Shown here one piece after another: positions 7,065 through 13,523 of a stretch of 13,523 nucleotides of DNA; positions within the stretch are counted from its first letter, which is position 1; each line of letters starts with the position of its first letter. The stretch is from a bacterium (GTDB lineage: Bacteria > Hinthialibacterota > Hinthialibacteria > Hinthialibacterales > Hinthialibacteraceae): contig JBHGBC010000164.1 of the NCBI GenBank assembly GCA_041946805.1, positions 1 to 13,523 of the forward strand. The letters are read 5' to 3'. Made by a program: the position numbers and the translations under genes. Below the pieces are notes generated by a model. That model had not been told where the DNA came from. It ran no database searches and worked only from the letters and a program-made list of their open reading frames with translations.

Positions 7065-7964
7065 ATGACTCAAACCCGAAGAACTTTTTTGGCGAGCAGC
7101 ACCTGGCTCGGCGCGGGAATGCTGGCCGGGGCATCCACGGCCAAGGCCGCCGCGCCGATCAATCCCGCCGGCAAACCGGGCGTTTTGAATTTCTCCTGCC
7201 AGGAAGGCATCATCCCAGGCAAGACGCTGGGGGAGAAACTCGACAAGATGGAAGAGTGGGGATTCGTGGGCATCGAGCCGGGCGGTGGAGGCCTGGCCAA
7301 GCGTGTCAACGAGTACCAGGAAGCGCTGAAGGGCCGCAACATCAAGGTCAGCGCCATCTGCGCCGGCTTCCGAGGTGTGCCCGTCTCCGAATTCCCCAAC
7401 GAGCGCAAGGAAGCGATGGAGTCCATGAAGCAGATTTTGGACGCCGCCGGGCAACTCGGCTCCACCGGCCTGATTTTCGTGCCCGCCTTCAACAGCCAGA
7501 GCCAGGCGGGACTGGTGGCCGCGCGCTTCATGCTGTTGGATTTCTTGCACGAAATCGTCGATCACGCCCAGAAAGCGGGCACCCGCATGCTGCTCGAGCC
7601 CCTGAACCGCCACGAAACGTGGTATGTCCGCCAGTTGTCGGACGCCGCGAAAATCTGCCAGGAAATCAACCATCCCGCCGTGGCCATGATGGGCGACTTC
7701 TACCACATGGGCATGGAGGAAGCCTGCGAATATTCGGCGTTTCTCTCCGCCCGCCAATATCTGCATCACGTGCACCTGGCCAGCCGCCCGAGCCGCAAGC
7801 AGCCCGGCTTCGACGCCAACGACGACTTCCGCCCCGGTTTCCGCGCCCTCAAGGAGATCGGCTATCAGGACTATTGCAGCTTCGAGTGCGGCATCGAGGG
7901 CAAACCCGAAGTGGAAATCCCCAAGATGATGGTGTTCCTCAAGCAGCAGTGGGATGAAGCGTAA
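7065..7964 (+). CDS. Tat-secreted sugar phosphate isomerase/epimerase (xylose isomerase-like TIM barrel, AP-endonuclease-2 family)
   Basis: Start chosen at the ATG at 7065, preceded by GGGAGG 8 nt upstream. The track start at 6882 is an artefactual extension through the upstream inverted-repeat element. Tat motif TRRTFLASSTWLGAGMLAGASTAKAAA. TIM-barrel sugar isomerase signatures include LEPLNRHET and DFYHM. Confidence 0.85.
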   Translation: MTQTRRTFLASSTWLGAGMLAGASTAKAAAPINPAGKPGVLNFSCQEGIIPGKTLGEKLDKMEEWGFVGIEPGGGGLAKRVNEYQEALKGRNIKVSAICAGFRGVPVSEFPNERKEAMESMKQILDAAGQLGSTGLIFVPAFNSQSQAGLVAARFMLLDFLHEIVDHAQKAGTRMLLEPLNRHETWYVRQLSDAAKICQEINHPAVAMMGDFYHMGMEEACEYSAFLSARQYLHHVHLASRPSRKQPGFDANDDFRPGFRALKEIGYQDYCSFECGIEGKPEVEIPKMMVFLKQQWDEA

Positions 7965-8006
7965 AAACATCCAGGCATTGATTCTTCTGGAATTTTGAGT
8001 TGTATG

Positions 8007-8034
8007 ATATCCTGCCACGGCAGGATATTTTTTT
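8007..8034 (+). terminator. Rho-independent terminator: ATATCCTGC-CACG-GCAGGATAT followed by TTTTTT
   Basis: Perfect 9-10 bp GC-containing stem immediately followed by a 6-7 T run, 43 nt after the isomerase stop. Confidence 0.7.
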
Positions 8035-8049
8035 GGACTGAGGTTGACC

Positions 8050-9237
8050 ATGCGGTTCGAGCGCAAGGGAGAAAGCCCTTTTCACCCGGGACAGCCGGTT
8101 CCCGTGGATCTCTTTGTCGGACGCCAAAATGAAATCGACCGGATCAACCGCGCGGCCGGCCAGGTCGTTTATGGAAAGCCCCAGGCGGTTTATATCATGG
8201 GGGAATACGGCATCGGGAAAACCTCCCTGGCACGTCTTGTCCGGGTGATGGCGGAAGCGGATGCCGGCCTCTGTGGCTTCCACGTTATGCTGGGTGAAAA
8301 GAATTCCCTGGACGGCCTGGCCATGGCCACCGTGGAGGCGATCCTCCAATCTGACGCCGTCCGGCAATCAACCTCCAGCAAGATACGCGATTTTGTGAGT
8401 ATGTATATTGGAGAGCAAACCTTGTTCGGGATGACTCTCCGGCTCGATAAATTGAAAAAAGACGCGCCTTCCATCCAACAAGGTTTTTTGCCTTTCTTGC
8501 GTTCCATTCACCAATCACTCGGTCTCCGGTATAAAGGATTGATTCTCATTCTGGATGAGATCAACGGGATCGCCAGCCAGCCGGAATTCGCCTTATTTCT
8601 GAAGCGCCTGGTGGATGAAAACGCGGTCAGTGGCGCTCCCGTGCCTCTTCTCCTTATCGTTTGCGGGACACAAGAGAGGTATGGTGAAATCGTCAAACAC
8701 CATCGCCCCGTGGAACGGATTTTCGACATCGCCCTCATCGAGGCCATGAGCCAGGAAGAGCGATCTTCGTTCTTCGATAAGGCCTTTCAGAAGGTGAACA
8801 TGCAGGTGGACAAGGAAGCGATGCCGATTCTTTGTGACTTTTCCGGCGGCCTTCCCCGCTTGATGCATCTGTTGGGTGATAACGCATTTTGGATCTCTCA
8901 GCAAAACATTGTGGATGAGAGCACTGCAAGGAAAGCTGTTATCGCCTCTGCTGAAGAAGTGGGAAGGAAATTCGTTGATCAACAAGTTTACAAGGATCTA
9001 AGAAGCGAGAATTATAGAAGTATCCTAAAAAAATTGGCGCTCTTTGATTTTAGTCTGGAATTCAAAAAAAGCGATATCGCGAAACAGTTGAACGAGGAAG
9101 AGAAGAAAAAATTCAACAATTTCTTGCAGCGGATGAAAAAACTCGATGTTTTAGGTCCTGGAAAAAATCGTGGAGAATATAAATTCCGGGAAAGCTTGAC
9201 GCGCTTGTATATCTATATGAAATCTATTGATGAATAA
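8050..9237 (+). CDS. AAA+ ATPase of the Arch_ATPase (ATPase_2/AAA_16-like) type with a C-terminal winged-helix (DUF234-like) domain
   Basis: Start at the ATG at 8050 (GAGG 7 nt upstream); the track's 8044 is a TTG. N-terminal FVGRQNEIDRI motif, Walker A GEYGIGKTSL, Walker B ILILDEINGI, sensor LIVCGTQ, and the GGLPRLMHLL motif characteristic of this family. The Lys/Glu-rich C-terminus is consistent with a wHTH. GC falls to roughly 35-40% over about 8940-9240. Confidence 0.8.
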   Translation: MRFERKGESPFHPGQPVPVDLFVGRQNEIDRINRAAGQVVYGKPQAVYIMGEYGIGKTSLARLVRVMAEADAGLCGFHVMLGEKNSLDGLAMATVEAILQSDAVRQSTSSKIRDFVSMYIGEQTLFGMTLRLDKLKKDAPSIQQGFLPFLRSIHQSLGLRYKGLILILDEINGIASQPEFALFLKRLVDENAVSGAPVPLLLIVCGTQERYGEIVKHHRPVERIFDIALIEAMSQEERSSFFDKAFQKVNMQVDKEAMPILCDFSGGLPRLMHLLGDNAFWISQQNIVDESTARKAVIASAEEVGRKFVDQQVYKDLRSENYRSILKKLALFDFSLEFKKSDIAKQLNEEEKKKFNNFLQRMKKLDVLGPGKNRGEYKFRESLTRLYIYMKSIDE

Positions 9238-10162
9238 GACTTCATTGAAAACCTCACCCTACCGCATCCCCGATCCTTCCCACTGGCCCGGCCGGTGGAT
9301 TGACCAGATCGTCGCCGGCGACGCCTTGGCTACGTTGCGCCAACTGCCGGACGAATGCGTGGCCTTGGCGGTCACCAGCCCCCCTTACTGGAACGTGATC
9401 GACTATGCCACTCCGGGGCAAATCGGCCACAGCGCCTATGAGCAATACCTGGAAGACCTGCTGGCGGTTTGGAGGGAAACGTACCGGGTGTTGATACCCA
9501 ACGGCAAACTGGCTATCGTCACCCCCATCATGCCCATTCCCAAAAAAGTGATGAATAGCCAGCACACCCGCCATCTCAAAAACATCTGCTCCGACATCGA
9601 GCAGACCATCCTCGCCGGCGTTCCCGGATTCCACCGTTTCAGCCTGTTCGTCTGGCAGAAGCAAACTACCGTCAAGATGTTTGGCAGCTACCCTTATCCA
9701 CCGAATCTATACGAAGACAACACCATCGAGTTCATCAACGTCTTCGTGAAGGACGGCCCGCCGCCACCCATCGCCAAGGAAGCCAAGGAAGTCAGCCGGA
9801 TAACCCAGGCCGAGTGGCGCAACCTCACCATGCAGGTATGGCCCATCTATCCCGCCGATGTGACCCGTTCCGGCGGCCATCCCTGCCCGTTTCCGACAGC
9901 CTTGCCGCTGCGGCTGATCTGGATGTACACCTTCCGGCGCGCCCCCGAAGCCGGATTCGAGGGCGACATCGTTCTCGATATGTTCAACGGCACGGGCGCG
10001 ACAACCCTCGCCGCCCAGGCCGCCGGGAGAAACTTCATGGGCATCGAACTGAATCCGGATTACTGCGCCGTTGCTCAGAAGCGCCTGGAAAACGAATCCC
10101 TTGATCCTTCCACCATCCTGCTGGAGTTCGTCAAGGTCAAAAATCCCCGACCCAGCCGGTGA
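9227..10162 (+). CDS. Beta-class amino DNA methyltransferase (N4-cytosine or N6-adenine; N6_N4_Mtase family)
   Basis: Motif IV TSPPY (9366-9380 region) precedes motif I FNGTGAT near the C-terminus, which is the beta-class order. The ATG-ATG start overlaps the ATPase stop (TAA 9235-9237) by 11 nt, indicating translational coupling. The SPPY form is more typical of m4C enzymes. Confidence 0.9.
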   Translation: MMNKTSLKTSPYRIPDPSHWPGRWIDQIVAGDALATLRQLPDECVALAVTSPPYWNVIDYATPGQIGHSAYEQYLEDLLAVWRETYRVLIPNGKLAIVTPIMPIPKKVMNSQHTRHLKNICSDIEQTILAGVPGFHRFSLFVWQKQTTVKMFGSYPYPPNLYEDNTIEFINVFVKDGPPPPIAKEAKEVSRITQAEWRNLTMQVWPIYPADVTRSGGHPCPFPTALPLRLIWMYTFRRAPEAGFEGDIVLDMFNGTGATTLAAQAAGRNFMGIELNPDYCAVAQKRLENESLDPSTILLEFVKVKNPRPSR

Positions 10163-10254
10163 GGGAAAAGCCGAGGCGGCTTGGCCTTCCAGGCCATGCG
10201 AGGCCGATTCACGGGCAGGAAGGCCGTCCCATTTCCTCCTCACGTCCCGGACGC

Positions 10255-10282
10255 TTACTTTCCCTCCCGGGTATGGTATAGT
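10255..10282 (+). promoter_or_regulatory. Candidate sigma70-type promoter for the yqiJK-like operon: -35 TTACTT (10255-10260), 16-nt spacer, TGg-extended -10 TATAGT (10277-10282)
   Basis: Sequence match only. It lies about 60 nt upstream of the AGGAG RBS and the ATG at 10343. Confidence 0.35.
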
Positions 10283-10342
10283 GCCATTCCAGAATTGGCG
10301 TTGCAAATCCACCCAACCACGACACGCGAAAGGAGCCCAGCC

Positions 10343-10978
10343 ATGGCCGAATGGTGGAGCGCCTGGGGAGCATGGTGGCAGTTGATGACAATCGAGTTGC
10401 ATATCTTTTACCTCATTGCCGTCACTTCCACTCTCATCTTACTCATGCAAACCTTCCTGATGCTGATCTTCGGCGGCGATGGAGACATCGGCGGCGGCGA
10501 CGTTCCGGACACCGATGGGGTGGGGGATACGGCGCATGGTGGTGATATCCACCTGCTTTCCGTGCGATCCGTAACCGCCTTCTTGATGGGATTCGGCTGG
10601 ACGGGAGTCATCTGCCTGAAACGGGATCTTCCGCTGGAGACCGCTATTCTCTATGCGCTGGGAGTGGGCGCGCTGTTCATGGCCGGCATTTATTACATGA
10701 TGAGAACGCTGTACAACCTGCGCGACAGCGGGAACATCGATTATCACAACGCCGTGGGGCAGATCGGAACGGTCTACGTGCCCATCCCCCCCGCCCAATC
10801 CGCCGCCGGGCAGATCGAGGTGATGATCCAGGGGCGGGTCCGCTTCGTGGACGCCTTCACGAACCATCCGGAAAAAATCAAAAGCACCACGCGCGTCAAG
10901 GTATTGGCCGTGATCGATTCGGGCACCGTGCTGGTGGAACCGCTCCACGCGCCGGACCCCGATAGTCAGGAGGGATAA
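10343..10978 (+). CDS. yqiJ: NfeD-like / YqiJ-like inner-membrane protein (partner of flotillin), with a C-terminal OB-fold
   Basis: Start at the ATG at 10343 with AGGAG 7 nt upstream; the track start at 10181 is an extension. Hydrophobic N-terminal helices, an acidic Gly/Asp/His-rich tract GGDGDIGGGDVPDTDGVGDTAHGGDIH typical of YqiJ, and a second TM pair. The C-terminal beta-rich segment (GQIEVMIQGRVRFVDAF...VKVLAVIDSGTVLVEPL) resembles the NfeD OB-fold. It sits immediately upstream of the flotillin gene with a 6-nt gap. Confidence 0.8.
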   Translation: MAEWWSAWGAWWQLMTIELHIFYLIAVTSTLILLMQTFLMLIFGGDGDIGGGDVPDTDGVGDTAHGGDIHLLSVRSVTAFLMGFGWTGVICLKRDLPLETAILYALGVGALFMAGIYYMMRTLYNLRDSGNIDYHNAVGQIGTVYVPIPPAQSAAGQIEVMIQGRVRFVDAFTNHPEKIKSTTRVKVLAVIDSGTVLVEPLHAPDPDSQEG

Positions 10979-10984
10979 TACATT

Positions 10985-12736
10985 ATGGAATGGTTGGTTT
11001 TGATCTTTGGGGCGGTTCTGGTCTTCTTCGTCACCTTGTTCAGTTTCGCTTCGCGTTTCAAGCGGTGCCCATCCGACAAGATCCTGGTGGTGTATGGCAA
11101 GATCAGCGGCGGGAAGAGGCTGGGCGAAGGCGGATTGTCGGCCAAGTGTTATCATGGCGGTGGAACGTTCATCTGGCCCATCATCCAGGATTACGCCTAC
11201 CTGGACCTCACGCCGATGCCCATCGACATCAAACTCGAGGGCGCGCTGTCGCAGCAGAACATCCGTGTCAACACCCCCTCCACCTTTACCGTGGGCATCT
11301 CCACCGAACCGGGGATCATGGAGAACGCCGCCGAGCGCCTGCTGGGGCTCTCCATCAATGAAATCCAGGAGTTGGCCAAGGACATCATCTTCGGGCAGTT
11401 GCGCGTGGTCATCGCCACCATGCCCATCGAGCAGATCAACGCCGACCGCGAGAAACTGATCGAAAACATCTACAACGGCGTGGAGGTCGAGCTCAAGAAG
11501 ATCGGCCTGCGGCTCATCAACGTCAACATCCAGGACATCACCGACGCTTCCGGTTACATCGACGCGCTGGGGAAAGAGGCGGCGGCGCGGGCCATCAACG
11601 AAGCCAAGATCAAGGTGGCCGAGCAGGAACGGGACGGCGAGACCGGCAAGGCGGTGGCCGAACGCGATCAGCGCATCAGCGTCGCCAACGCCAACGCCAC
11701 GGCGGTGGAGGGCGAAAACCAAGCGGCGGTGCGCATCGCCCAATCCAGCGCCCAACGCCGCGAGAAGGAGGCGGAGGCTGAACGGATTGCCACCGCGGCC
11801 GAGAAAGTCAAGCACGCCCAAGCCCTCGCCGAGGCCTACCAGGCCGAAATGAAGGCCGAAATGGAACGCGCCAAGCGCGAAGAGGCCACCCAAACCGCCA
11901 ACATCGTGGTCCCCGCGCAGATCGAAAAACGCCGCATCGAAACGCTCGCCGAGGCCGACGCCGAGAAGATACGGCGGACCAAGAAGGGCGAGGCCGACGG
12001 CATCCTGTCCATGATGCAAGCCGAGGCGGATGGTCTCAAGGCCATCCTCACCCGCAAGGCGGAAGGCTTCGCGCAGATCGTGCAATCGTGCGGCGGTTCA
12101 CCCGAGCAAGCCGCCCTGATACTCATCACCGAACAGCTGCCCAAACTGGTGGAAGAGCAGGTCAAGGCGATTTCCAACCTGAAGATCGATTCGGTCACCG
12201 TTTGGGACAGCGGAAGACAAGGCGATGGTAAAACCAAAACCGCCGAATTCGTGTCCGGCCTGGCGGGCTCGCTCCCTCCCCTGCACGATCTCACCCGCAA
12301 CGTGGGCATCCTCCTGCCGGAGTTCCTGGGCAAACTGGTGGACAATCCCCACGCGCCTTCCCCGGCTCCCACCATCGTGGAAAAAGCCGCCGCCCTGGCG
12401 CCGGAACTGGAAATCCGGAACAAAATCCAGGAGTGGCTGAAACTGAATTTCGAGACGGTTACGAATTATGCATTGAACCAGGAGATCCGCCTGGATCCTT
12501 CCCGGGTCGACGAGCTGACCCACCTCGTCCTCTTCTGGGCGGCCAAAACCCGCGATGCCGGCTCCCGCTGGTTCCACTCCTTGGGCGTGGTCACGGGACC
12601 CATGACCTGGGCGGAACTCGTCAAAACGCTGAAAGGCCAGGGCAAAACCTTTATCCGGTTGGAGGAATCGGAGATCTGGCTGCCCTACGAGCTCATCCTC
12701 TCCACCGTCAAGCACCAGGACAAGAAGGGGAAGTGA
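10985..12736 (+). CDS. yqiK: Flotillin-like SPFH/band-7 protein (YqiK/FloA-type) with a long Ala/Glu/Lys-rich coiled-coil and an extra ~150-aa C-terminal region of unknown function
   Basis: N-terminal TM segment MEWLVLIFGAVLVFFVTLF. SPFH core (GGGTFIWPIIQDYAYLDLTPMPIDI...). Extended EA-repeat coiled-coil (AEAERIATAAEKVKHAQALAEAYQAEMKAEMERAKREE). Ends with about 150 aa (NKIQEWLKLNFETVTNYALNQEIRLDPSRVDELTHLVLFWAAKTRDAGSRWFHSLGVVTGPMTWAEL...) with no obvious family match. The 548-aa antisense ORF is a GC artefact. Confidence 0.9.
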   Translation: MEWLVLIFGAVLVFFVTLFSFASRFKRCPSDKILVVYGKISGGKRLGEGGLSAKCYHGGGTFIWPIIQDYAYLDLTPMPIDIKLEGALSQQNIRVNTPSTFTVGISTEPGIMENAAERLLGLSINEIQELAKDIIFGQLRVVIATMPIEQINADREKLIENIYNGVEVELKKIGLRLINVNIQDITDASGYIDALGKEAAARAINEAKIKVAEQERDGETGKAVAERDQRISVANANATAVEGENQAAVRIAQSSAQRREKEAEAERIATAAEKVKHAQALAEAYQAEMKAEMERAKREEATQTANIVVPAQIEKRRIETLAEADAEKIRRTKKGEADGILSMMQAEADGLKAILTRKAEGFAQIVQSCGGSPEQAALILITEQLPKLVEEQVKAISNLKIDSVTVWDSGRQGDGKTKTAEFVSGLAGSLPPLHDLTRNVGILLPEFLGKLVDNPHAPSPAPTIVEKAAALAPELEIRNKIQEWLKLNFETVTNYALNQEIRLDPSRVDELTHLVLFWAAKTRDAGSRWFHSLGVVTGPMTWAELVKTLKGQGKTFIRLEESEIWLPYELILSTVKHQDKKGK

Positions 12737-12935
12737 GGATCATCCGGCGGGATTGATTTATCGTCTATACGGTAAGTGCATACTTTTTCTACAAGGTTTG
12801 CCACGCCATCCCATCGAACCAGCTGGAGATAACAACCCCCAAGTTCCTCTCTCTGGGAAGGCGGATTGGATACGGAAAACCTTTTTCACCGCGCCGGGCC
12901 GCTCTGAAATTTGTTGGCGTCTCAACTTTATGGAA

Positions 12936-12985
12936 GTCCCCTTCAGGGGACGGCTTTACAACAGCCCAGGGGGTCAACCCTGGGC
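12936..12985 (-). repeat. Reverse-orientation partial copy of the 3' end of the composite repeat (GTCCCC-TTCA-GGGGAC and CCCAGGG-GGTCAA-CCCTGGG hairpins)
   Basis: Closely matches the reverse complement of the 3' end of copy A (5096-5148; module order inverted). It lies in the convergent intergenic region between the flotillin gene and hicB. Confidence 0.6.
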
Positions 12986-13042
12986 CAAGGTCGTCGGCGG
13001 TCCGCACTTGTGGGATGAACCTGATTTATCCAAACGGCTCGA

Positions 13043-13411
13043 TCAAGACTCGGGAATCGGTGTCGTCAGGGCCAATTTTTGAGCCACCAACGCGTTGAGC
13101 GAGATGCCGGCCTGGGCGGCTTCCATGGCCAGCGCCCGGTGTATCCGTTTATCAATCCGGACATTAAACTGCCCGGAATAATTCTTGTTCGCGGGCGCGA
13201 GGGGAACCGGCTCGCAATGTTTCTGGTAACTTTCCTTCACGCCTTGCCAGGCCGTTTCAAGTTCCCGCAAGGCTTCCTCGGGTGTATCGGCGAAGGCGGA
13301 GACGTTAGGCAGTTCCAAGAGATAGGCCAACCAGTCTCCATCCTCATCCAAGAGAAGACCCGCGGTAAATCCATCGAAATCGGGTTTAGGATAAATGACT
13401 TTCTTTTTCAT
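13043..13411 (-). CDS. hicB: HicB-family antitoxin (N-terminal HicB/UPF0150-like fold plus C-terminal ribbon-helix-helix DNA-binding domain)
   Basis: 122 aa. YPKPDFDGFTAGLLLDEDGDWLAYLLELPNVSAFADTPEEALRELETAW matches the HicB-like fold pattern. The C-terminal SGQFNVRIDKRIHRALAMEAAQAGISLNALVAQKL is a CopG/RHH-type motif. Confidence 0.75.
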   Translation of the reverse strand: MKKKVIYPKPDFDGFTAGLLLDEDGDWLAYLLELPNVSAFADTPEEALRELETAWQGVKESYQKHCEPVPLAPANKNYSGQFNVRIDKRIHRALAMEAAQAGISLNALVAQKLALTTPIPES

Positions 13412-13416
13412 GGCGG

Positions 13417-13523
13417 TTACAAAACTGTTTCACCTGATAACTTTTGGCTTTCCCATCTTTCATGGGCTGACGGAACGGCAAAAAGTCTCCTCATGGTGGT
13501 GCAGACATCTTGTCTGCGCAAAA
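13417..13523 (-). CDS. Partial ORF (5' end outside the window) ending 5 nt upstream of the hicB start; a possible toxin partner, but not recognisable as HicA
   Basis: Minus-strand frame ...LRRQDVCTTMRRLFAVPSAHERWESQKLSGETVL* is open to the window edge, and its stop TAA (13419-13417) lies just before the hicB ATG (13411). Only the operon-like spacing supports it; there is no family signature. Confidence 0.2.
   Translation of the reverse strand, partial: LRRQDVCTTMRRLFAVPSAHERWESQKLSGETVL
13501..13517. promoter_or_regulatory. Perfect palindrome GCAGACA-TCT-TGTCTGC upstream of hicB; a possible RHH-repressor operator, or else part of the upstream ORF
   Basis: 7-bp perfect inverted repeat seen directly. 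RHH antitoxins typically autoregulate via such palindromes. Confidence 0.25.

Noticed and set aside
10163-10230. Possible terminator hairpin (GGCC-TTCCA-GGCC) right after the methyltransferase stop
   Set aside because: The stem is only 4-5 bp and there is no downstream T-run, so it is too weak to call.
10439-12085. 548-aa ORF on the minus strand antisense to the flotillin gene (also 6999..8066 -, 7046..7957 +, 5522..6169 -, 1465..2193 -, 9707..10402 -)
   Set aside because: These are long stop-free antisense and off-frame ORFs typical of high-GC DNA. Their low-complexity Gly/Arg/Pro/His-rich translations carry no domain signatures, whereas the sense-frame genes have clear family motifs.
12753-13082. 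109-aa + ORF and 72-aa minus-strand ORF in the flotillin-hicB intergenic region
   Set aside because: They overlap the reverse-orientation repeat fragment (12936-12985). They have no RBS and an atypical composition, and are most likely non-coding.

Overview
High-GC (about 60%) bacterial chromosomal window with 11 supported protein-coding genes, 10 on the + strand. Almost every intergenic region carries copies or fragments of one modular, hairpin-rich repeat family. Genes in order: (1) a partial minus-strand HATPase_c anti-sigma-factor-type serine kinase at 1..475, absent from the ORF track because it has no in-window stop. (2) A 454-aa Trp-rich hypothetical protein. (3) A fumarylacetoacetate hydrolase (FAH) family enzyme with an N-terminal secretion-signal-like segment. 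(4) A Tat-signal metallophosphoesterase. (5) hemB (porphobilinogen synthase, clear Zn-Cys motif). (6) A Tat-signal xylose-isomerase-like TIM-barrel sugar-phosphate isomerase/epimerase, followed by a textbook intrinsic terminator. (7) An Arch_ATPase-type AAA+ ATPase with a C-terminal winged-helix domain, whose 3' third drops to under 40% GC. (8) A beta-class N4/N6 DNA methyltransferase (SPPY and FxGxG motifs) whose start overlaps the ATPase stop by 11 nt. (9, 10) A yqiJ/yqiK-like NfeD plus flotillin (SPFH) operon, with an unusual ~150-aa C-terminal extension on the flotillin. (11) A minus-strand HicB-family antitoxin at the window edge. Most worth a second look: the translationally coupled ATPase + orphan methyltransferase pair with no nuclease (a possible uncharacterised defence or epigenetic module); the ~180-210 bp composite repeat elements (two near-full copies about 85% identical, plus fragments in both orientations, one supplying the stop codon of the FAH gene); and a 159-bp element with 21-bp terminal inverted repeats and alternative pairings in the leader of the isomerase gene. 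No rRNA, tRNA or CRISPR array was detected.
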